A stretch of DNA of 64,000 nucleotides from Octopus bimaculoides (taxonomy: Eukaryota): NCBI RefSeq assembly GCF_001194135.2, contig NC_068988.1, positions 85,513,052 through 85,577,051 of the forward strand, written 5' to 3'. Shown here piece after piece: positions 54,765-64,000 of this stretch. Under the pieces are notes generated by a model. That model did not search any database and was not told the DNA's origin. It saw nothing but the letters and a program-made list of their open reading frames with translations. The stretch's first letter is position 1; each line of letters opens with the position of its first letter. Position numbers and translations under genes: made by a program.

Positions 54765-54931
54765 CAGGGCCGGCCCTAGGGTTGCTGGCAACCCGGGCAA
54801 GCTGAACTTCGGCACCCTTACAAGTATAATGTTTAAAAACTTTCACAAGGGGAAAAACTGAAAATGTAGACTAAAAAGCACACAGTGCCCCGTGCGACTG
54901 CCCAAGTTGCCAGTACCTTGAGCCGGCCCTG
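54765..54931. mobile_element. hAT MITE nested in a SINE family A tail
   Basis: TIR CAGGGCCGGC / GCCGGCCCTG. 8-bp TSD CCTGTACC (54757-54764) / CTTGTACC (54932-54939). Confidence 0.88.
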
Positions 54932-56174
54932 CTTGTACCTAAAATAAAATCTATTATAATTCTAGCTCTTTACATTCTGAGTTCAAATCTTGCCGTGGTG
55001 TATATTTGCCTTCCATTCTTTCGGGGTACATAAAATAAAGTACCTTCAAATACTGGGCTCGATACAGTCACCTAATTCTTCCCTCACTTTCAAAATAGCT
55101 AGCCTTGTATTTAAATAAGAAAAATAAAAAAAAATATAAGGCAAACGTCCCCAGAGGTCAGAATGCGAAGAGATATAACTAAATCCACAATGTTGTGAAT
55201 TTACCTTGACATTCACAGCCCCTTAAAACATTATTGATTTATAATTCTGACCTGTTCTTCATTCTAAATTACTTCCAACTGAGCCGGGAACAGTTTTGCA
55301 TATCACATATTGATAACTGCGCACACGTGTATACACATGTGTTTATGAGTATGCGTGCGAATATGTCCGTATGTGTGTGTGTGTGAGTTTGCGTATTTGC
55401 GTGTGTCAATGGAATGAATGGATGAATGACTGAATGAATGAATAAATGAATGAATGGATAAAACTGAATTGATTAAAAGCAGACGTAGAGAGACGAAACT
55501 AACTGGTTGCTTCATAGTTTAAACTGCAGTAGTGAGTGAAGTCGGTAAGTTGTAACTCATCGCCGTGTTCTCATTGTGAAAAAAACGTGTTTGTCCATTA
55601 GACAACGAACCTTCTAAATATAAATAATAAAATAAAACTTGTATGACTCAACTAGGTTAGCCACANNNNNNNNNNNNNNNNNNNNNNNNNNNNNNNNNNN
55701 NNNNNNNNNNNNNNNNNNNNNNNNNNNNNNNNNNNNNNNNNNNNNNNNNNNNNNNNNNNNNNNNNNNNNNNNNNNNNNNNNNNNNNNNNNNNNNNNNNNN
55801 NNNNNNNNNNNNNNNNNNNNNNNNNNNNNNNNNNNNNNNNNNNNNNNNNNNNNNNNNNNNNNNNNNNNNNNNNNNNNNNNNNNNNNNNNNNNNNNNNNNN
55901 NNNNNNNNNNNNNNNNNNNNNNNNNNNNNNNNNNNNNNNNNNNNNNNNNNNNNNNNNNNNNNNNNNNNNNNNNNNNNNNNNNNNNNNNNNNNNNNNNNNN
56001 NNNNNNNNNNNNNNNNNNNNNNNNNNNNNNNNNNNNNNNNNNNNNNNNNNNNNNNNNNNNNNNNNNNNNNNNNNNNNNNNNNNNNNNNNNNNNNNNNNNN
56101 NNNNNNNNNNNNNNNNNNNNNNNNNNNNNNNNNNNNNNNNNNNNNNNNNNNNNNNNNNNNNNNNNNNNNNNNNN

Positions 56175-56224
<50 letters not shown>

Positions 56225-57406
56225 GTCTGCGTGTTTATCTTTCTGTCTCTCTGTCTCTGTCACTCTCTCTCTATATATGTGTGTGTGAAGTGTGAAGTGC
56301 ATACACATATACACACATATACATACACATATACATACACATATACATACACATATACATACACATATATACATACACATATATACATACACATATACAT
56401 ACACATATACACACACACGCATGCACAAACAACCAGAAACGCACGGTCACACTTGCAAGTAGATATACGCTCGCATTCAAGGTCAGGGCAATGCTAAAGT
56501 TGATAGGATAACCAGACAAATGGTTTTGCGGTATTTATATCGTGTTTGAGTTCAAATCCAGACTGGGTTAGGTTGGTTTCCCATCTTCTCCCAGAACAAT
56601 AAAATAAGTATCAGTCAAGTATTGAAATCGATAAATTACTTTCCCTTCCATCTCGCTCACAATCTGTGGCATCATGCCTATAGAACAAAACATTAATATT
56701 TGGAGTATGTAGAGCCAGGACAACGTGCAGTACAATGTTAACTTACGGTCATCTACATGCCGATTTCGAATCCTGTTTAGGTCAACGATTTTGTCCTTTG
56801 TACTCAGTTGTCAAATATTCATCGGGACCTTCTGGTACTTCTGTCTAGGTTAGGAACCATTATAATGCATGTGATGTATTTCTATACATTGCGTGTGTAA
56901 TTGTGTGTGTGTGTGTGTGTATGTGTGTGTATGTGTATATATATNNNNNNNNNNNNNNNNNNNNNNNNNNNNNNNNNNNNNNNNNNNNNNNNNNNNNNNN
57001 NNNNNNNNNNNNNNNNNNNNNNNNNNNNNNNNNNNNNNNNNNNNNNNNNNNNNNNNNNNNNNNNNNNNNNNNNNNNNNNNNNNNNNNNNNNNNNNNNNNN
57101 NNNNNNNNNNNNNNNNNNNNNNNNNNNNNNNNNNNNNNNNNNNNNNNNNNNNNNNNNNNNNNNNNNNNNNNNNNNNNNNNNNNNNNNNNNNNNNNNNNNN
57201 NNNNNNNNNNNNNNNNNNNNNNNNNNNNNNNNNNNNNNNNNNNNNNNNNNNNNNNNNNNNNNNNNNNNNNNNNNNNNNNNNNNNNNNNNNNNNNNNNNNN
57301 NNNNNNNNNNNNNNNNNNNNNNNNNNNNNNNNNNNNNNNNNNNNNATATATATTCTGGATGTGTGTGTGTGTGTGTTTATTCTTTAACAAGAACAGTATA
57401 AAGATG

Positions 57407-57480
57407 TCGAAGTTTCTGCCAGCTAAGACATCATCATAATCAAATTATGATAATGATAGCTTAGCGGGTCGAAACTTCGA
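57407..57480. repeat. 74-nt imperfect hairpin
   Basis: TCGAAGTTTC/GAAACTTCGA, GCTAAG/CTTAGC and CATAAT/ATTATG nested around a 3-nt loop. Confidence 0.8.
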
Positions 57481-58159
57481 AATCACTGTCGATAATATTC
57501 TTGTTAAACAATAAGTTTGTATTCTGCAAAACAATGAAGTAATCTTTCAGATTAATGCAAAATTGTTTTTATTATAACTAAACATAAAATCAAACATTAA
57601 TATTTACATACGTACTACATATATGCATACACACATTTATACCTACATGCATTTCATACATACATACATACATATATACATACATACATACATTTCATAC
57701 ATACACACATACATACATACATACATACATACATACATGTGCCTTTGTGTCTGTGTTCTAAGCTTGACAACTGGTGTTGGTATGTTTATATTCCCGTAAC
57801 TTAGCGGTTCGGTTCAACAGATTGGTAAAATAAGTAAATGAAGAGGGGAGTAAAGCAACAGAAGAATGTTTTTCTTCACAATTATTTGGAAATTCGATTT
57901 TGTGAAGGAACCCAGTGTTTAACTTGGAAACCGTCTTCTGTTTTTTTTTTTTAATTAAAGATAATTAGAGGCATGCAATAAATAATAAATAAGTAAATAA
58001 TAAAAATGAAACAAAACACAATTAGAGTTTACACAAATACATACCTACATAGATGTATGCAGTATTACAACATGCATACATTCATACATACATACATATA
58101 TATACATACGTACATACAACAGACAGAAAATATATATCAGTGCAGCACACACAAATACA

Positions 58160-58198
<39 letters not shown>

Positions 58199-58241
58199 CA
58201 ATATTTATTTATAGTGTATGTATGTATGTATGTATGTATGC

Positions 58242-58286
<45 letters not shown>

Positions 58287-58300
58287 TGTCAGTCAGCCTC

Positions 58301-58341
<41 letters not shown>

Positions 58342-58418
58342 GTTGTTACATGTCTATGTGCGTATGCATATGTGCGCATGTTTGTGCACAGCATATGCAT
58401 ATACAGTTATTCTCATAG

Positions 58419-58480
58419 ATACAGCCCAAAATGGAGCAGCTCCTCCATATGACGAGGTGTCGCTTTCGTCTCCGCAGTGA
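58419..58480 (+). CDS. Possible terminal coding exon of an unseen host gene (..DTAQNGAAPPYDEVSLSSPQ*)
   Basis: Acceptor-like TTATTCTCATAG at 58407-58418. The phase-1 frame gives a PPY-containing tail inside a non-repetitive island. No upstream exon could be linked. Confidence 0.25.
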
Positions 58481-58652
58481 TAGCTAACCAATTTCAACTG
58501 CTAGAGCAGATTTCACCGGGAGAAAACGAGCAGAGCTGAAATCAGCTCAATCAACTGCGTGAGTTGCGCTGATGCACCAAATAACTAAAGGTTTAGAAGA
58601 CCAGCACTGTTCAATCGATAATGGACCGAAAAGCTTCATCTGTATAAGAGAG

Positions 58653-58688
<36 letters not shown>

Positions 58689-58786
58689 TGTGTGTGAGTA
58701 TGTGTGTGCTTGTGTATGTGAGAGAGAGAGAGAGAGAGAGAGCGAGAGCGCGTTTGTATGTGTGCGATATACACACTTATATATTA

Positions 58787-58848
<62 letters not shown>

Positions 58849-59004
58849 GTATGTATATATATATATATATTTGTGTGTATATAAAAATATATATATATTC
58901 ACATGCGTGTATGTTTGTCCATGTGAATGTATAAGAGAAAGAGAGACAGCGATAGAGAGTGAGAAAGACAATGTGTGTGAATGTGCGTGTTAGTGTTTGT
59001 ATGT

Positions 59005-59072
<68 letters not shown>

Positions 59073-59151
59073 NNNNNNNNNNNNNNNNNNNNNNNNNNNN
59101 NNNNNNNNNNNNNNNNNNNNNNNNNNNNNNNNNNNNNNNNNNNNNNNNNNN

Positions 59152-59214
<63 letters not shown>

Positions 59215-59954
59215 TGTATGTATGTGTGTATGCATGTATTATAAATTTAGATCTCCCTTCCGTTTTTCCGTTTGCTTACCATGAGTCGTTAGATCAACAA
59301 GGTAGGAACTTCGCTTCCCTGCAGTCTGTTGTGGCCCGGTCTGTTTATTGACGAAAAGCATACTCCGGCCCACTCCAGTTTGAGGAATGAATAAAGTAAA
59401 ACTGGACTCGAACCTAAATCGCAGTTTAATCAGCCTTATGCATATTATATTATACATAATACATTATATTACGAATATTATATTATATTATATATATATT
59501 ACATTATATTATATTATGTTTTATTATATCATATATTATATTTCATTATATTAAATTATATTATATTATATTATATTATATTATATTATGTGGTAGATTA
59601 GTGGGACGCCGTTTGAAATATGTTGCAGGCAAATAGTGGGTCGATTACTACGGTTGTTCCTTCTCTAAAAATGTCTGCTCTGGTTCCTATGCTAGATATC
59701 GTTAACATTATCTTTGTTATTCAGTGCCTGAAGAATACATCAATAATTTACGTTTTATATAATAAATAAGCAAATAAATAAAACGTAAAAAAAACATGCA
59801 TCAAACTCGTTCAATGTTAAAGAATGAAGAGTGAATAAGTCTGAAAATTTAGGGACTCGAGAATAGCTATTTTCTTATAGGTAACCTACTATGACGATAA
59901 CAACAGCAACAACAACAACAACAACAACAATAATAATAATAATCAAAATAATAA

Positions 59955-60170
59955 TAATCCTCTCTGTTACAGGCACAAGGCCTGCAATTTTTGGGGGGAG
60001 AGGACTAGTCGATTACATTGACACTAGTGTTTCATTTGAACTTAATTTATCGACCCCGAAAGAATGAAAGGTAAAGTCGACCTCGGCGGAATTTGAACTC
60101 GGAATGTAAAGACGGATTAAATGCTGCTAAGCGATAACGATCTTGCCAGCTCAACTACTTCAATAATATC

Positions 60171-60214
<44 letters not shown>

Positions 60215-60238
60215 TAATAATGATAATGATGATGGTGG

Positions 60239-60285
<47 letters not shown>

Positions 60286-60885
60286 GTTTCAAATTATGGC
60301 ACAAGACCAGCAAGTTTCGGAGAGGTGGTTAGTCGATTTCAACGACCCCAGTGCTTGACTGGTGCTTATTTTATCGACTCCGAAGGGTTGAAAGGCAAAG
60401 TCGGCAGAATTTGAACTCAGAACGTAAAGAGTCACTTGGCATTTTGTCCGACGCTCTAACGATTCGGAATGGTTTCTGATTTAGGCAGAAGTCCAGTTAT
60501 TTTGAGAGGAGGGTATTTGTCAATTCCAACGACCCCAGTACTTGACTGGTACTTATTTCACTGACCCCCGAAAATATGAAAGACAATGTCTAATACTGTG
60601 CTTCAGGGTATCGAATACCCTTTCCTTCAAAATGCTGAGCTTGTACCCTAGCCAGAAATCTTTATAATTATTTTGTCTGTTGAGTGGTAGAATTGGTAGA
60701 GCACCAGAGAAGATGTACCATGCTATGTTTTCCAACGTTTTACTTTCTGGGATCCATTCTCTCTAGGGTTAACTTTGCCTTTCATCCTTTCAGGGTTGAT
60801 AAAATAAAGCACCAATCAAGTACTAGGGTTGATGCAATCGACTTGCATCGCTACCTCAGGATTCTTGCCTTGTGCCAAAATTAGC
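59955..60885. mobile_element. SINE family A cluster: three minus copies then one plus copy
   Basis: Minus copies at about 59955-60150, 60283-60470 and 60470-60590, separated by (AAT)n(GAT)n. Plus copy at 60685-60885. Confidence 0.8.
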
Positions 60886-61014
60886 AAGAATTATTTTTAT
60901 TTTTCTGATTGCGTCTGGGACAATACCGAAAGGAATGAAGACAGATATTTTACTCATTGGCCAAAGCATCATCGACTTTTAAAAATCCCATCTGAAGAGG
61001 AAGATGAGGGCAGA

Positions 61015-61467
61015 GCTACCGCTCAGTAAACTTGTTGAAAGGTGGGTGAATGTGGCGAGGATGGCCCGAGTGAGTGAGCTTACTCTAAGCTGGTTCCTGT
61101 AGGCTGAAGAATACGGAGGAGAGAGAAGCACTTGCCATGGTACTCTCGGTGAGTACCACGACAAGGGCTTCTCTCTACGTATTCGGTGAGTAGGGTGGTT
61201 CGAGATCTATGGAGTTCCTTGATTTCTCCCGGATGGCTTCCCTCCATTGGAGATTTTGTTTGTTAAGGTTATTTTGCAAATTATTGTTGTTATTGTTTAC
61301 ACAGTTCTAAATCATCAGTCCGGTGTCTTTGCATTGTCCTAAATGTCTTTCGGCCCTAGAGAAAGGATTATCATTACTCACACACATATACAAACACATT
61401 CTTTGTTTTATCCTGTACTATCCATAATGTTTTCTTAATGTAAACCCTTGTGGTTAATAAAGAAATC
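61015..61467 (+). mobile_element. L1/Tx1-type LINE 3' end
   Basis: LSKLVERWVNVARMARVSELTLSWFL* (Tx1 C-terminus), then UTR ending AACCCTTGTGGTTAATAAAGAAATC. Confidence 0.8.
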
Positions 61468-61477
61468 ATCATTATTA

Positions 61478-61694
61478 TTATTGTTCAGTAGTTTTATTTT
61501 TATAACGTGCTTTCACTTCACTACCGAGCGCAGCTCTGTGTGCCTTGGGTATGTGCTGTGGTTTGCTGTGATGCTCTTATGCTTACTATATTGAAAGTGT
61601 TTTGCGTAGGATGTGTGCAGTGCCCAGTAGTGCAATTTTCTGTATGTTATATATATTTGTAAGTCCTGGTGTTTTTGTTATGCATTTGTCTGAA

Positions 61695-61700
<6 letters not shown>
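61478..61700 (-). mobile_element. R4/Dong LINE 3' end (family 5) in (TTA)n
   Basis: KYSDKCITKTPGLTNIYNIQKIALLGTAHILRKTLSI*, flanked by TTA repeats on both sides. Confidence 0.88.
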
Positions 61701-61756
<56 letters not shown>

Positions 61757-62049
61757 TGGTGGTGCTGGTAGTGGTGGGTTGTCAGAATCGTTAGAACCAC
61801 AGGCAAAACAGCTTGCGTTGTTTAGTTGCGCCCTTCTAAAGATTTTAAGATATTGCCAAGATAGACTTTGCCTTTCATCCTTGCAGGATCGATACTAGAA
61901 ATCCTCTCTCACAGCATGAACACACACAAATGCATGTATACATGTATAATGTATGTATATATGCATATGTAAGCAACATACACGCCTGCACCATTACACT
62001 CTTCGTACACATAATGTAATACTTCCCTACTCCAAGTCTCTATAAATAC

Positions 62050-62400
62050 TAGACGCTACAATCTCTGGTTACCGTCTATAGTGATCCACCACCACTAACA
62101 GCCAAGACTGCAATACCTAGCGGCTGTTATTCCTCTTCAAGGTTAGAATATACTTTAGTCTGTCTTCAGCCGTTATTGACACTCTTAAAAGATGCAAGAC
62201 TATTCCATATTACAGCGCTGCTCACTTATCTGGGACGGTGCTGCAGCTGCTACACATGCAAAGATCTTGGACTGTATCCAGGACAAAAAAACAACATCAT
62301 CATCATCATCACCATCAATAACAACTGCTACAATAAAAACACCAACATCTGACTGATCAACAGACTTTCACTTGCTAACACGTTACCGCCATAAAAACTC
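62050..62400 (+). mobile_element. Decayed CR1-like LINE C-terminal fragment
   Basis: CTCACTTATCTGGGACGGTGCTGCAGCTGCTACACATGCAAAGATCTTGGACTGTATCCAGG reads ..WDGAAAATHAKILDCIQ (cf. YCSHIWDGA...LD.IQ). Confidence 0.55.
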
Positions 62401-62424
62401 ACTCTGACCTGCGGTCTCCTCCCA

Positions 62425-62456
<32 letters not shown>

Positions 62457-62489
62457 CTCTTTCCGGAGCAAATACAGACGCTCTACCGA

Positions 62490-64000
62490 TACTGCTAATC
62501 CACCGTTCTAAATGACAATAATATTAAGCTTGCCGGACAAAAATGTTTAGCGGCATTTCGTCTGTCTTCAAGTTCTGAGTTGAAATTCCCCGAGGTCGAT
62601 TTTGCCATTTATCTTTTCGAGGTGGATAAAATAAGTACCACTCGATGTAATCGACTTACCCTTCTTCTAAAATTGCTGGTCTGGTCTTGTGCCAAAATTT
62701 GAGACCAACATTAGTGTGTGGTAAGAAGCTTGCTTCCCAACGACATCGTTCCGGGTTCAGTCCCACTGCGTGGAATCTTGCGCAAGTGACTTCTACTACA
62801 GCGTCGGGCCGGTCAAAGCCTTGTGAGTGGATTTGGTTGACGGAACATGAAAGAAACTCGTCGTCTATCTATCTATCTATCTATCTATATATATATATAT
62901 ATATNNNNNNNNNNNNNNNNNNNNNNNNNNNNNNNNNNNNNNNNNNNNNNNNNNNNNNNNNNNNNNNNNNNNNNNNNNNNNNNNNNNNNNNNNNNNNNNN
63001 NNNNNNNNNNNNNNNNNNNNNNNNNNNNNNNNNNNNNNNNNNNNNNNNNNNNNNNNNNNNNNNNNNNNNNNNNNNNNNNNNNNNNNNNNNNNNNNNNNNN
63101 NNNNNNNNNNNNNNNNNNNNNNNNNNATTGGTTCCTTTCTCTAAATTATATATATATATATAATATATATATATATATGTAATTATTACAATTAAAAGGG
63201 TAAAGGATTATCAATTTATTAATAAATTAATAATTAATAATTTTTACCAAGCCATTCGGTATGTAAGCACCATTATCGGTGTGGAACTTATTTAAAAGTT
63301 CTTATACATTTATAAACTGATCCCTTAATTTTGTTTATAAATATATATATATGTATGTATATATCTACGTATGTGTCTTTGTGTATGTGTTTCTCCCTCA
63401 CCACCACTTGACAACCAGTGTTGGTGTGTTTATGTCCCCCATCACATAGCGGTTTGGCAAAAGAGACCGATGGAATAAGTACTAGGCTTTCAAAATAAGT
63501 CCTGGGATCTATTTGTTCAACTAGAACCCTTCAAGGCGGTACCCCCAGCATAGCCACAATCAAATGACAAACAAATAAAAGATAACAACAGCGATGACGA
63601 CAACAAACACATCAGCAACAACATCAACTTCAACAATAGTGATGATGATGATGATTAGAAAAATATCGCATAACACAGGGAATATATTTTACGGTGGTTG
63701 CGGTCTATGATCAATTAAATCGACTCAACGCTTATTTGGTTAACCTCTGAAGAATGAAAGGCAAAGTTGACTTTGAGTGAAATTTGAACTCACAACATAA
63801 AGAAATGTAGATGCTTTGTTCGACGTTCGACCGATTTTGTTACTTCCAGCGCCCTTATACCTGTTTCTGAATTAGGCACAAGGCCAGCAATTCTGAGATT
63901 ACATCGATGTTAATACTTGGTAGGTACTTTATCTTTTCAGTCTCCAAAGGGTGAAAGGCAAAGTTAACCTCGGCAAGATTTGAACTAAGAACGTAAAGAG
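62490..64000. mobile_element. SINE A (+, 62490-62705), SINE D (+, 62716-62870 and 63380-63570), SINE A (-, 63680-64000)
   Basis: Family motifs as above. The family D head GTGTGGTAAGAAGCTTGCTTCCC..GGGTTCAGTCCC matches the stub at 30252-30278. Confidence 0.75.

Overview
Eukaryotic, repeat-saturated genomic DNA: AT-rich, microsatellite-dense, with about 14 N-gaps, most of them abutting simple repeats (typical of a short-read assembly). The repeat content looks like a coleoid cephalopod, most likely Octopus; this is an inference from recalled repeat families, not a database result. No complete host gene, rRNA, true tRNA gene or CRISPR array is supported, and most ORFs in the track are translated microsatellites or gaps. 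The window is a layered transposon landscape. It holds more than 30 copies of one tRNA-derived SINE plus at least three other SINE families. R4/Dong-type (restriction-like endonuclease) LINEs include a near-full-length 3 kb copy with RT but no endonuclease, and several short 3' ends in (AAT)n. There are L1/Tx1-type 3' ends and an apparently ORF1-only element with a duplicated CCHC zinc knuckle, Penelope-like RT/GIY-YIG fragments with candidate hammerhead ribozymes, decayed CR1-like and RTE-like LINEs, Tigger/pogo and Tc1/mariner transposase relics, and hAT and mariner MITEs with visible TIRs and TSDs. Most worth follow-up: (1) a 3' tail shared by Tx1 LINEs, the ORF1-only element and a SINE subfamily, i.e. 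a possible LINE/half-LINE/SINE parasite network; (2) a near-perfect 252-nt hairpin; (3) Penelope-linked minimal hammerheads; (4) a few weak candidate host exons and a 39-bp codon-phased repeat. Most element boundaries are approximate because they were read by eye.
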